Of a stretch of DNA of 64,000 bases, positions 26,361 to 40,553 are shown in pieces; positions within the stretch are counted from its first letter, which is position 1, and the number at the start of each line of letters is the position of its first letter. The notes beneath the pieces are model-generated. The model did no database searches and was not told the DNA's origin. It saw nothing but the letters and a program-made list of their open reading frames with translations. Position numbers and translations under genes: made by a program. The stretch is from Octopus vulgaris (Eukaryota), in contig OX597816.1 of NCBI GenBank assembly GCA_951406725.2, forward strand, positions 62,558,001-62,622,000. Reading direction: 5' to 3'.

Positions 26361-26809
26361 AGTGAAGAGCAATGTTCTGTCATTGAATATATGATAAACC
26401 GATTCATTATTCAGCACACATTTTGTCATTTATCTTTCTTTTATCATGTAATTGTTCCTTTCATTGGATGACCACTATTCTGGTTCAACGTCTTCAAAGA
26501 AACTGACCCAGTACTTATTTTTTTAAGGATGTAATGTATCTTGCGCTGAATCGCTAAGTTACGTGTAAATAAGCAAACCAACGCCGGTTTTCGAGCGGTG
26601 GTGTGGGGCACAAATAAAAAACACTAAGTCGTATATACATAGGTATATTGCGGGCCAACAGGTCAATGCTAATAGAAATATTACATTTCTAAATATCTCA
26701 GAGAGATATAAGCAGTAGTGGTATGATAGAGTAGTTGTATACTGTCTTGTCATCAGTGGATTTATTTCAAGGCTACACAGGCATCTCCAACTAGCAGGCC
26801 ATGCTACTT

Positions 26810-26848
26810 CAGACTGATGACGAGCAAAGACTCAGAAACTAGTCTCTG
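26810..26848 (+). ncRNA. Candidate minimal type-I hammerhead ribozyme, canonical core
   Basis: caga-CUGAUGA-cgag(caaaga)ctca-GAAA-ctag-UC-tctg; GUC site; first stem II pair is a C-A mismatch. Confidence 0.7.
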
Positions 26849-27109
26849 GTTGCAGGCTTAGCTGGGTGAAGGTGCTTGTCTCTCCCTTGTAAACATAAGG
26901 ACACAGGAAATGTGTCAAGGCCGACAGGAAGCGTTGATGCGTCCTGGGGCTAAATAGCAGTGATGTGATTCCCTTCATGGGAATGTCACATTAAGTTGAT
27001 AGTATGCAAGTTCAATACTAATTCTAGTAAAAGAACAACTAGAATACATACTTACGTTCATGCCGGAAGAAAGAGAAAGTGAGAAAGGGTTAGTACGACG
27101 TAATTGATG

Positions 27110-27690
27110 TAATAATTATCGGTATTGCTGTACAAGCAATAGATTCAAGATTGCTGTTGATACATTGAAAATATTCAATGATGTCACTGCTACGTATCCA
27201 AGCAGCAAGGTTTGAGACGATGCAAGTATGTAGACTACATTTATCTAATATTGATTTGCTAATAATACGTATCTCACTTTTTAGTATGATCGATTAGTCT
27301 ACAGCTGGGATTACGAGTAAAATTAGCAGAGATCTTTCAAGGTCACAAATGGCCTTTGTGGATTCTACTGTATTCTCGACGTTTAATTTAGTGGTTAGAT
27401 ATTTGTTACCTCATTAATACCGATGTCATTAAGCTAATTTACTTATATGTTTGTTATAACAATTTCTTATATATTTCTTATTGCAATCTTGTCTATTAAT
27501 AATTTATCATGTTAGCGTCTATCCCTTTCAGGGTCGTTTTTAAGTATTTAGTCTTCACAGTTTTAATGAATTTATCTGGGGCGCATTTGACAGGACTAGA
27601 GATTTTCTTCATAAATACTGGACCGTTTTAAATTTGTAATTAGACATAACGAGTTCTACCTTCGTATTCCAATATGAAAGCGATTCTTAG
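27110..27690 (-). mobile_element. Penelope-like element ORF fragment (region N-terminal to RT core)
   Basis: Minus strand with frameshifts: FVTLKD..ANFTRNPSCRLIDHTK.SEIRIISKSILDK, matching the PLE-type pattern FITLKDHK.NF...P.CRLINP.KSEIG.ISK.ILD. Confidence 0.75.
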
Positions 27691-27721
27691 GAGATCTCTT
27701 TCTATATATATATAAACGACA

Positions 27722-27758
<37 letters not shown>

Positions 27759-29188
27759 ATACAAATCCACAATTTTTCAGTTAGAGGGCTCGCACTTTCT
27801 ATGGTCATTCAAAACCGTCCAAGGGTGGTCGTGCACATCTTTACATTTCTCCAGTCACTCCGCAAAGCCATTAAATAATCAATAGAAGTGACGTTTTTGT
27901 GAATTTTGTATCCAAAACCCAATCAAAATGCCCGAAACTTGATATGCCAATTGAATGCCAGCTAGCTGTATGTGATTGGTTGGAGATTTGGACAGTACTC
28001 GCGCGTATGTGCGCACGCACGCACGCAGCTGTATATACATGCATGCGTTGCCGGGTCATAGTGCTAGTATATACATAAAACCGTCCTCTGTAGAAGTACC
28101 AGGTGTCCTTTTGTTGAAGAAAAATACCTTCCATTTCTTCCTTCTTAATAATTTCTGTTAATAATAATTTACAAGATGCAAAATTGTTTACAAAGAATTG
28201 GTATACCTTTCAAGGACAAGGTAATCTTGTGTTTTTCCCATGCAGCTGGTTATTAGGCCCGTGTTAAGTGCTCATACGACATTTAGAACGTCGGTGGCAT
28301 ACTTACATTAGTAAAGAACTAAAATGTGATCAATGCCGCTCTGTGATCAGTAATTACGTATAGCAATACAGCCCTGCTAATACGATGCAAATGGATGGAC
28401 ACAAATTATGTCTCTCCAGGCAAATGTAATGGTTGTTTTCGAGGAATTTTATGCTTAACACCTTTTTATGGCCTGACAAATGTACACAATAGCTTTCAAG
28501 GAAATTTGTATTTGAAACTGGCAGTTGCCGCTTCTGTCTCGGAAATTTAATATAGTTTTCTGAATCGATAATTTACTCCCACAAACCAAACACAACACAC
28601 ACCACACACACACACACACATACACACACATTCACATCCACAGTCTTTCGTTTGACACTATTTTCTTTCTGTGACATATAATACAGCGCATCTCTATAGA
28701 GTTTAGTCTATATACAACAGTCGGAATATAATATACATTAATATGTACTTATACTTACATATGTACATAATTACAAACATATATACGTACACACGCACAT
28801 ACACACACACACATACATGCACACACACACACATACACATGATATAAAGCATATGTATATTCATTAGTATGCCGGTGATTGTGTGTATATGTCGGTGTAT
28901 GCATATATTCATGCCCTGTACTTATTATATCATATCCCAAATTTCAATATATATGCGTTATTAATATGACTTTCTTATACCGCTGTACAGGGATACCATA
29001 AAGTCTCTATAGAATAGATTTCCTTCTTTCATGCATTAGTTTTAAACCATTCTGAGTAAGGTAAACTTTATTTATAATACAAAGAAAATAAATACAGCTA
29101 CTTCTGCACATTTGATTCTTGACTGATTCCTCTGTTCTTCTCGTCTCTGAATATATAGAGGCGCATGTATGTGTGTGTATGTGTACAA

Positions 29189-29223
<35 letters not shown>

Positions 29224-29224
29224 G

Positions 29225-29310
29225 TATGCATATGTGTATACATGCACGTACGTACGACTTGTGAGCACGTATTTATGTATATATATATTTTATGAATCCA
29301 TGTATATATA

Positions 29311-29389
<79 letters not shown>

Positions 29390-29601
29390 GTGTGTGTGTC
29401 TTTATGAAGTGTTTCTAAACCTATGTTTAATGTTGTTTTTATGTGCATGTGTGCGTATACACACTCACACACACACACACAGATCTATATATACATATAA
29501 ATAATATGCATGTTTACGCATGCACGTACATACGATTTGTGTGCATGTATTTATATATGCATATATATTTTATGAATGTATATTTATATATATATATTTG
29601 T

Positions 29602-29661
<60 letters not shown>

Positions 29662-29698
29662 ATGAAGTATTTCTAAAGCTATGTTTAATGTTGTTTTC
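29225..29698. repeat. Diverged tandem duplication in microsatellite-rich DNA
   Basis: CATGCACGTAC...TATATTTTATGAAT...TTTATGAAGT.TTTCTAAA.CTATGTTTAATGTTGTTTT occurs twice (about 29225-29440 and 29505-29698). Confidence 0.8.
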
Positions 29699-30147
29699 AT
29701 TTCGAAGTTAAATTGTTAACTTTCGGAGTTATATCCATTAAATATAATCCTATTATATCTCGGCCACCAAGGAGCAGATTTTACATCATACGAATAACTA
29801 TTTCTATGCTAACTGTTCTGTTTAGGAAATAAGCTGGCAGTACATACAAAATTTCCCTTGGGTTTCTATAACTATTTGCGTAATAATGCAGCATTATTAT
29901 AAATACACAACAAATATATAGATGAAAAGTTTGCTTTGAATTTATCATATGAGTTTTAAAACGTAGCTTTGAAAGTAGGACTTGCTTGTAACTGTGTATT
30001 ATGTGACGAACAATCGCATAGAAGAGTTTGCTATAATTACATTTCCTTTTGTGCAGATAATATATCTTGACCTCTTGCAGATACAATGCGCACACATACA
30101 GAGACAAACACACACACACACACACACATTACACCTCCCCACATATA

Positions 30148-30232
<85 letters not shown>

Positions 30233-30283
30233 ATATATATTATACATATATACATATACATCTATATGTGTGTATGTGTATAC

Positions 30284-30387
30284 ATGCGACATCAAACTTG
30301 GTAACTATATAATCAATTTTCTCACCGAGTACTAAATAGCATGCATATGCATACACACACACACACACGCACACACACACACATATA

Positions 30388-30432
<45 letters not shown>

Positions 30433-30583
30433 GAGTGTGTGTGTGTATGTATATGTATATATATATGTATATATATATGTGTGTGTATATATATATATAT
30501 ATATCTGTATGTATATTTGTATTCTAGTTTGTACCCGGTGAGGAAATTGATTATATAGTTACTTAGTTTGATGTATGTCGCAT
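30284..30583. repeat. Inverted arms of about 55 bp around a microsatellite core
   Basis: CATCAAACTTGGTAACTATATAATCAATTTTCTCACCGAGTAC versus GTACCCGGTGAGGAAATTGATTATATAGTTACTTAGTTTGATG. Confidence 0.85.
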
Positions 30584-31234
30584 GTCGCATTTCATCATGA
30601 ACCTAATCGATATACAGTGTTTGTGTGTATACATTAGATAAACATACACTCATACATATATACACACACTCACACACACACATATATATATATATATGTA
30701 GATGCATGAAATACATGATATATTCTTTTCTGTAGAATATCAAATTCTGCTGAAAGTGCACAATACGCATTTGATGTATAGATGTAGCATGAATTGGTGT
30801 TTCTTTGAGATGAGATAATCACTATTTTCCTGACAAACTTCTATGAAATCAAACGCCCACTGAGTTACCGTCTTACCGAATGTAAAATATACACGTCTTA
30901 ATAGGTATTCAATAAAGCACATTCGATGTATGTTCGTTATATTACATCATGATACAAGCTATGCAATGATTGAAGCAGAGAAAATATCAATTTTTGGCAC
31001 ATCTGCCAGAACGTGTTACGAGGTTTTTTTTTCTTTTGTTTATTTTGCAGGTTATGTTTAGCCCTAGGTCGAACTTGATCCGGCAGACCTGAAATTAAAG
31101 ACAGGATATTTTGCTTCCATTATTCGCACATTCAGCTATCATATACTGGGTCCCTAATTGACACGCTAGCGTTTCAAGTACATTATTTATTTTGCTGAGA
31201 TAAAAACAATATCTAGCTACATTTAGAAGCACAA

Positions 31235-31690
31235 GGCCGTGAGCTGGCAGAAACATTAGCAAGCCGGACGAAATGCTTAGCGGTATTCCGTCTGCCGTTA
31301 CGTTCTGAGTTCAAATTCCGCCGAGGTCGACTTTGCCTTTCATCCTTTAGGGATCGATAAATTAAGTACCAGTTACATACTGGGGTCAATGTAATTGACA
31401 TAATCCGTTTGTCTGTCCTTGTTTGTCCTCTCTGTGTTTAGCCCCTTGTGGGTAGTAAAGAAATAGGTATTTGTCTGCCGTTACGCTCCGAGTTCAAATT
31501 TCGCCGTGGTCGCATTAGGGGTCAATAAATTAAGTACCATTTGCGTTCTGGGGTTGATCTGATCGATTGGCCCCTTCCCCAAAGATTTCGGGCCTTGTGC
31601 CTAATGGCGTCCCTTCCTGCTGGGGGAAGACATACGCCATAGAAACCGGGAAACCGGGCCCATGAGCCTGGTTAGTCTTGAAAAGGGCGA
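31235..31690 (+). mobile_element. SINE A, followed by a partial SINE A and a SINE C tail
   Basis: Full A unit to about 31465, restart at GGTATTTGTCTG, then a GAAACCGGGAAACCGGGCCC tail. Confidence 0.85.
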
Positions 31691-32996
31691 AAAAAAGAAT
31701 ATATATATATATATATGTATATGTACACGTACATATATATATGTGTGCGTGTGTGTATATATACACCACATCATCGCTCTAAGCAATGATGAGTATAAAT
31801 AAAAATTTGTTACAAGTACAAATATACTTGAGTCATATTCGAACCCGTGAGAAAGATGTTCACTGCATTTTGTCAAGCAGAAAATTTGTTGCTGTAGACA
31901 AATAGGTGCAAATACACCGAGTTGGCTCATAGCATTCCATAACATATTGCACTGAAGCATTCATTTCGGAGCGGTTATCTCCTCTTCTGTAGCAGATACC
32001 GAAAATGCAGCCACTGCCAACTGACACGATAGATAATTCCCTTTTATAATAATCTCGTCATCATTCAACGACTTGTTGTGATATTCAGCAGCTTCACGTT
32101 TCAAGCGCTAAGTAGTGATGTGTATCGCGGCCATGATAATAATAATATTCTATGCAAACTTTTAAGCTTAATGCAATACATGTGTTTATAGGGTACAGAT
32201 TAAGGAAGGCTCCTGTTTTCGCTATTTTCCCCAACATGCTTTAAAGTTGTTATTCAGCCTTTAAATAACAAAATTGAGACTAAAGATATTCTAGTTGTAA
32301 CCATCGTGTTTTATTCAAAAAACCAGTCAATGCTGGGTTACATTATCCGACTTTTCCTTCCCTTTTCTTGATTTATGTGTAAATCCTAGCAGGTGAAGCG
32401 ATCCCATAAATGTTACCGTCACTTTCGGTATGAAAGTTAACATCACCAGTGATGTGTTTGTTTACATCTTCTGAAAGATAATACGATGTTGTATAATTTT
32501 GAATAGAAATATTATCATTGATTTAGTTGATTTGGCTAACAGGCAAATTATTCTTCAATAAAATTTTAATTTGAAATGTTAATAGTATACAAAAATATAT
32601 TTGTGTAGAAATGTAATGATATATTTTATGTATTGATAAAATATTTTTTGGTTATCTAATTTATCATTTAGCAGAAAACACAATGTTTTAATGGAACTCC
32701 ATCGTCTCATCTGATATGGTCGTTTGTTTCCAGACTTTGCACTGTCATATTTCCATAACACTCGTAAAGAAGCGTTGAGAAAAACAAATCTATACTCTAG
32801 GTGTGAACATGTATATATATATCATAAAAAACAATCGTTACATATATATATCTATATGTAATGATTGTTCTTTATGATATATGCAGTAAAACTTGTTTTA
32901 TCTGCTAACAATTCCTCACATCTAGATGCTATAAGGCAATATATTGCAACAACCTGTTCCACACATTCACAGTATACAGTGCCATCAAACGGTTTG

Positions 32997-33093
<97 letters not shown>

Positions 33094-33262
33094 CATACAT
33101 ATATATATATATACATATATATATACATATATATACATATATATATACATATATATACATATATATATACATATATATATATAATAGAGAGAGAGAGAAA
33201 GTGAGAGAGAGATAACTTACTTGGAAATAGATGCATGGCGTTCAATCATATAATAATATAAG

Positions 33263-33366
<104 letters not shown>

Positions 33367-33369
33367 ATG

Positions 33370-33580
33370 TATATGTTTGTGTGTCTGTGTTTGTCCCGAC
33401 AACATCGCTTGACAACCGATGCTGGTGTATTTACGTCCCCGTCACATGGCGGATCGGCAAAAGAGACCGATAGAATAAATACTAGGCTTACAAAGAATAA
33501 ATCCTGGGTAGATTTGCTCGACTAAAGATGGAGTTCCAGCATGGATGCAGTCAAATGATTGAAACAAATAAAAGAATAAA
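33370..33580 (+). mobile_element. SINE family B, 3' half
   Basis: GTGTCTGTGTTTGTCCC...GATAGAATAA...CAGTCAAATGATTGAAAC. Confidence 0.85.
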
Positions 33581-33597
33581 AGAAATATAAAAAAGGA

Positions 33598-33922
33598 ATA
33601 TGCATATATACATAGATATATGTACATACTTACATATACATGTACGTACATATGCATATATGGGCACAAGACGACACAGAACGTAAACCACACGGAATAC
33701 GAAAACATGGAATATGAACTTTTTTTTGCGAACAACGAAATAATGTTGCCTGTCTTATTTTCCATTTGTTTCTTGCGTTGTTCGCAAAAAAGTTCGTATT
33801 CCCTGTTTTCGTATTTCGTATTTCATGTTGTTTACGTTCTGTGACGTCCTACGCCCATATTTGCATATGTATATACATGTATATGTAAGTATGTACATAT
33901 ATGTATGTATATATGCATATAT
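33598..33922. repeat. Imperfect palindrome of about 325 bp, arms related to 62887-63656
   Basis: CACAGAACGTAAAC...GAACTTTTTTTTGCGAACAACG versus CGTTGTTCGCAAAAAAGTTC...GTTTACGTTCTGTG; symmetry extends into the TA-rich flanks. Confidence 0.85.
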
Positions 33923-34059
33923 CTAATATGTGTATATATATACATATATATGTGTATATATGTGTGTGTGTGTATGTATGTATGCATATTTCTCTTTAAT
34001 AGGTTGGGTTTTCGATAATATGAAAGTTTCACTTGATGCCACAATATTAATCTGTGATC

Positions 34060-34628
34060 GAATATTCTTTTCTACTCTAACCACAAGGCTCAAAATTTTT
34101 GAGGTAGCGGCTAGTCGAGTAGATCAACCCCACTACGCAACTGGTACTTAATTTATCGACCCCAAAAGGATGAAATGCAAAGTCGACCGCGGTGGAATTT
34201 GGACACAGAACGTAAGGATTGTGATCGAATATTCTTTTCTACTCTAGGCACAAGGCCCGAAACTTTGGGGTAGGGTGCCAGTCGATTAGATTGACCCCAG
34301 TACAAACTGGTACTTAATTTATCGACCCCGAAAAGATGAAAAGCAAAGTTAACCTCGGCGGAATTTGAACTCAGAACGTAAAGACAGACGAAATACCTAT
34401 TTCTTTACTACTCACAAGGGGCTAAACACAGAGGGGACAAATAAGGACAGACAAACGGATTAAGTTGATTATATCGACCCCAGTGCGTAACTGGTATTTA
34501 TTTAATCGACCCCGAAAGGATGAAAGGTAAAGTCGACCTCGGCGGAACTTGATCTCAGAACGTAACGGCAGACGAAATACCGCTAAGCATTTCGTCCGGC
34601 GTGCAAACTTTTCTGCCAGCTCGCCACC
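34060..34628 (-). mobile_element. Tandem array of one full and two partial SINE A units
   Basis: ATCGACCCC.AAAGGATGAAA.G.AAAGT motif occurs three times; TGTGATCGA recurs at unit borders. Confidence 0.88.
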
Positions 34629-35439
34629 TGATTTGTGATCGATTGTTGCATAAAGGCTTGTAACTTCCTGTATACAATAAAGTAACAATGAAATCTGATG
34701 TAGGTTTCATAAAGTCCATGAAGGAAACTAGCGGACGTGAGTCTTGTTTGTAATATTTTACTGATTAAAAATAAAATGATCCATATTCTCATGCGCTGAA
34801 TTGTAATTTTCCTTGTTGTTCAATGCCCGTATGTGTACGCACACATGTATGTATGTATGTATGTATGTATGTATGTATGTATGTATGTATGTATGTATGT
34901 ATGTATGTATGTATGTATGTATGTATGTATGTATGTATGTATGTATTTTTGTATGTATGTATGAATGTATATGTCCACATACATTCACACATATGCACAC
35001 ATATACATACATAATTACACACACACATACACACACACATACACACAGAGTACATTTCAGAAGGACTTGTAATCGACTGTCTATAAGGAACAATCTCTCA
35101 AAGTTAAAGTCCGCTTTATAATTGCTTTGTACGAAATTATCACCCTAATTATAAAATATGTATGTATCTATGTCCTGTTCTGTTTGCAATTATTAAAATT
35201 TTTCCTCTTTAGGAAGGAGTTGATTTCTAACAAAGAATACGAAACTGTATCGTTGAAATGTGGTTAACAAAACAACGTCGTATTTTAAAGTTGCAAAAAT
35301 GTATTGAATAATCTCACTTTTCCATTAACAGATTTTATTTCTAATGTGCAAGTTAGTTGGTTGATTGTTTTTTCTGAAAATACAAGCGCATCCAGATTAT
35401 TAGTTACACAATTATCATAATTATCCACTGTCTATTTGA

Positions 35440-35600
35440 TAGTTAAAGAGTTTTACATCCACAGGACCGCTGACCTATATGATGGTTCATAACATTGTCT
35501 TATCTATTCCAAATAACAATATCCGGCCTGTTATGCTTATAATTGGCAGATGTTTTGATATATTTCTTGTGATGTGATTTGTGTATGCATTCACCAACAA
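35440..35600 (-). mobile_element. R4/Dong-like LINE endonuclease fragment
   Basis: KHNRPDIVIWNR restriction-like endonuclease motif. Confidence 0.55.
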
Positions 35601-36249
35601 GTAGATTCTCTATATTTATTCCTGGATAGCTTTTCTTCGGTATGGCATTGTATAATTGTTTCCGCGACATGTGTACAAATAAGGAGGTAGTGACTTGATG
35701 ACATTTTTGCGTCTGCAAATTTTCATTCACACAGCTTTGGTTAATTCAAGGCAAGAGAAGACAGTTGGACAAGATTTCACGTAGTAGTATTGAACCCGGA
35801 ACGGCGTAGTTGCTGCAAATCATTACCAGCAACAAACAATTTTAGCTATCTGGAACAGTTATCGCTTACATGTCAGTGAAATGCAGTAAACGCATTTCCA
35901 GTATAGTGAAAGTAGGAACATCTTTGATCATAGGCCTGCGTAAGTCGTCAACGATGACCTAGTGTTAAAAACTATAATGCTGTAATATAAACAAAAACAA
36001 TAGACATAACAATATCAACAACTCGTTTTCTATTGCAATATTTTCTAAGTAGATTTCGGTAAATTATTTGGCAAGATTATTTAAGTTCTAATCCTATTTA
36101 AAGTTGATTGCTTACCTTTGAAAATAGGTCATAAGAGCAACAATAGCATAGTAATAGTAAATTCAAAACAAATTTTCACTTGATCTTATTGAAAGCCTTG
36201 GATAACACTATGTATGTGTGCCTATGTGCACTTGTGTATTTCTGTTTGC

Positions 36250-36317
<68 letters not shown>

Positions 36318-36778
36318 GTATGTATATATGTATTTATGCATGTATGTATATATATATATATATATATATAAACATATATGTATATATATAGACACATATG
36401 TATGTATAGAGGGACAGTGAGAGAGAGGAAAAGAGTAGGGGAGAGATAAGTATAATGCAATTTAAGTATTTATTTCTTCATTCTCTTAATGTGTCTACAT
36501 AACTCTCAGTGCATGTAAAATGTAAATACATGTATGTATACGAGTGCATACACACCCATATATATATACACATATATTTATATGCATACAAATCTACATT
36601 CACACATACACGCGTGCGTAGGTACACACATAGCTTCACGCATACACATGAATATATCATGTATAAGAATCTAATGGAAAACTGGTTGGGGAAGGCTGAA
36701 TTAGAGAGATTGATAGACAGATAGATAGATAGATAGATAGATAGAGAGAGAGATAGATTGAGAGATAGATAGATTGAG

Positions 36779-36839
<61 letters not shown>

Positions 36840-38212
36840 CGGAGGGAGATAAAGAGAGAGAGAAGATAGAAGAACGAGAAGCTATGAATTATTTTTTTCT
36901 ATTCAGTTTCTCCTACATTATGCACAGACAAATCTTTCGAGTGGTATTCGTCTCCGTGTACGATTTCTTAATCTCAAGTGCATTCAACTGTCTCATCAAG
37001 AGCATTAACCTTGTCCTAAATAAGGACATGTTTAATATTTTCTTGGTGCGTAACTTTCTTACGAAAATCAAGCTAAGTGCATAATGGAATCTAATCTGTC
37101 TATAAACTGACATGACCATTCTGTACTCTTTGACCTCTACAAGATCATGAAATATTTTGGCAATGTAAAGTTAGTAATAGTATTGAGAAATTCTCGAGAT
37201 CTCTTGCTAAAATTCTTGCGATTTGACGATCGATTAATTTACTACAGTCATGTAATTGAAGGAGAATAATCTTGTTGCGGTTCTCGAACCGAAAAGATGG
37301 AGTTTTTCCCCGCTGCTTCAATCACTAGATTATTGCAGTTTGTTTTGTTTATGCTAGAATCACTATAATCTGACATCTTTTTTTGGCTATTTGAATTACT
37401 ATCACCCAAGCGAGTGGATTATTTTGAATGATTACTTTTTAATATAACAAGATTGTCATATACACTGACAAAAACAAAAGGTTTCTTAGTACTCAGTCGT
37501 CTTAGAGACAACCGCGTTGTTTTCTATGAAATGCGAATGGACCATGCCGGATTATTCTATTGAAATATAATCAATAAATCCTGACGGGGATAGCGTATTG
37601 CTTGTTGTTGTGTTATATCAGGAGGTCATCAATAGTTCAATATACCATCTAGTTTATATTTGCCGATACGAGGTCTAAGATCTAAAATCTGAAACCTTAA
37701 AGCACGAGCAATAATTCCTTCATAACACACATGCACACACTCCCACATACAAGCGCACACATTCAAAAACATGCGCGTATATGTGTATGTCGCTGGTCGA
37801 TGTCGCATGACTGAAAGTGGAGTGCTAATTACAGAATACGTTTTTTCTTCATTGAATGTTAAAATTAGGTAATGTCTCACGGATTGAGTTTTAGGCTATT
37901 GCGATCATTAGGCAAGAACAGGCACACACGTACGTGCCTGTGTGTGTGTGTATGTGTGCGTGCATATATGTATGTATGTACGCATGAATGTGTGAGGGAT
38001 GGCTCATTTTTTGCTATATGAGGAGGAATATGAAACTCAGCAAGCCTTATGATGATCATCATCATAATAAATCGTTCTCATTGAGGCACAAGGCTACCAC
38101 CTTTAAGGGAATGTGGCTAATCGATTTCATCGAATCAGCAGTTGATTGGTACATTATTTTATCGCTTTCTGTAGTTATTTGTACTACACAGTAAACAATA
38201 ATGATGATGATG

Positions 38213-38250
<38 letters not shown>

Positions 38251-38336
38251 CATAATAATAATAATAATAAGATGATGATGATGATGATAATAATAATAAT
38301 AGTAATAATAGTAAGAATAATAATAATAATAATAAT

Positions 38337-38891
38337 TGCCCTGATGCAGTACCAGGCAGTGGCTCTCATGGCTTCTGATCTTAACTGATTGGAAGTGTTA
38401 TCATGTACATTGTTTTGTCTTGGTATAAAAGATGGGCTACAGCAAATATTCTGCTCAATACCACAGATTTGCTTGTCAGTTGTTTGACTTTAACCAGTTG
38501 ACCATGTCCCTTAGTGGCTGACGATATGTGCATCTCTGATCACGAGCAGAAGTAGTGGGGGAGCATCATAGCCATGTGTTGAGAGGGATTCTTTGGGGTT
38601 TGAATAATTCACCTCTGGAAACATGGGTGGTTCTTTCAACATCCTTAAACAACCCTTATTCAGAGACCTTTTGAGCGGGATGGGCTACTCAACCTGAAGA
38701 AAATTCTAACTGGGCCCCACCTGCAAGGTCATGTGCTGTTTATCTTGATATGAGATCACTATGTAGCGCACATTTGGTTGCGATGCATGTGCCTGGTGTA
38801 CCCTTATCAGACGGGTAGTCATGATGGGTATATTGGGCTTCGTATATTTTACCCCAGTGTCACTTTGATGGCATCAACTGCTCTCTCACTC
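38337..38891. mobile_element. Non-coding insert of about 555 bp embedded in an (AAT)n tract
   Basis: Sharp borders with (AAT)n on both sides, higher GC than flanks, no long ORF. Confidence 0.6.
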
Positions 38892-38950
<59 letters not shown>

Positions 38951-39077
38951 TAATAATAATAATGATGATAATGATAAATATTAGTTATTTTTATTAATGT
39001 TTTTATCATTATCATTACAATTACCATTACCATAATGATCATAACCATTATTATTAGCAATATTATTATTATCTTCA

Positions 39078-39109
<32 letters not shown>

Positions 39110-39171
39110 GTTGTTGTTGTTGTTGTTTTTACTATTGTATCCCTCATCCTTCGCCCTGATAGCAAATAAAT

Positions 39172-39321
39172 TGCCATATTTCAACGTGTAGAAGGAAATT
39201 TTTTTTTCCAAAATTAGGTTAAAAAAATATGGTAGTTTCTTATACATAGTATTATAATCCCTCACAAAACATTTTTTACCAAATTTTAAGCCCCCAAAAT
39301 TAGGAGGTTTCTTATACACGT
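39172..39321. mobile_element. Possible pogo/Tc-mariner-type MITE fragment
   Basis: CCATATTTCAACGTGTAGAAGG start and twice-repeated GTTTCTTATACA subterminal motif. Confidence 0.35.
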
Positions 39322-39599
39322 TAAAATAAATGTTGATTTTGTTACTACTGCTACTACTACTACTACTACTACTACTACTATCAGTCGTAGTAGTATCCTC
39401 GTCATCATAATGCCCTGCTTATTAGTACATGGGTTAACAAAAAGATCAAGTACGATACACTGCTATACATTGTGAGATTGCATTAAAACGTGTAAAGAAG
39501 AGAATTGACAAAATTAATTAAATAATCAAGAAATCAAAGAAAGAAAACCCTCCAAAAGGTCAGGAGATCTCAGGGGGCTAATCCAGGGACACCCATAAA

Positions 39600-40531
39600 A
39601 ACAATGGTCACCCTTACTGCTAAGACATCTGTCTTCTTCCAGTTGCCCTTCATATTTTCAGGCACTTGAAACGGGTTCGCTACTTTGAACCAAGCTCGCC
39701 GATATCGTCCACCTTTTGACAAATTTAACGGGAAGCAGCACAGTCTTCTCTACCCCTCCCCCCAGTTTTAATTTCAATTGAATCTTGAAACATTTGATGA
39801 AGGACTGCATTATGAAAAAGGCATTTATTTTTAGCCCTTCCCGCCTCGTCCGCGTCACAACCTCTTTCGCCAAAGCCACAAGACAAATGAAAGCTGCTTG
39901 CCCTTGCTAGGTCAAGGAAGTAGACCTGACAACCTTCACAATGAGCTCAGTTAATAGATCAATCTGTCGTAAACGGAAAAGCAACTGTTTGACTTAGCTC
40001 CTCCTGTCAACAATGCTCCGGGACTGGACAAGTGCGTGCAGAATAATTTCGTTGCTCTGCATAAATGTCGCTCAGGTTTAAATGACAACACTACTATACC
40101 TGTAGATTTTACCACTGGTAGCACTGCTAAACCAGGTATTTTTAGTAATTATCCATGGGACTCGATCCATATGTCGTCTCAAAAAATCTATCCAGTTGAC
40201 TTCCATTAATGCTCAGACCGAAACCTACGTCGCGTTTGCCCACCATTGATCTTCTAAATAGCGCCAATATAGAAATGGCGCTCATTGCATTGCTTGATTG
40301 ATAGAGGGTTGTGAGCGTTTGACGAATACCCTGTCTGAGTCTCTTCATCGTTCAGAACAATTGATCTGTTAAAGAACTGAGTTGTAGAAAAACGAGTCTG
40401 AGAATGGCAACCACAATTGTCTCCCATCAAAGAATCTTTTGATATTTTGTAGTCTCAGTGCATTTCTGCACATCATCAACCAAGGAATGCCTAATCCTTC
40501 ATGCAGCTGATGTGGGCAGTTAGTGGGGTGC
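39600..40531 (-). mobile_element. Tx1/L1-like LINE 3' region, decayed
   Basis: GLGIPWLMMCRNALRLQ and VALAKEVV align by eye with the C-terminal part of the element at 1-2168. Confidence 0.75.
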
Positions 40532-40553
40532 CCGATTTGTGGAATATGTACCT

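Noticed and set aside
31830-32100. Protein-like minus-strand reading (EAAEYHNKSLNDDEIII...)
   Set aside because: Interrupted by stops, family not recognised
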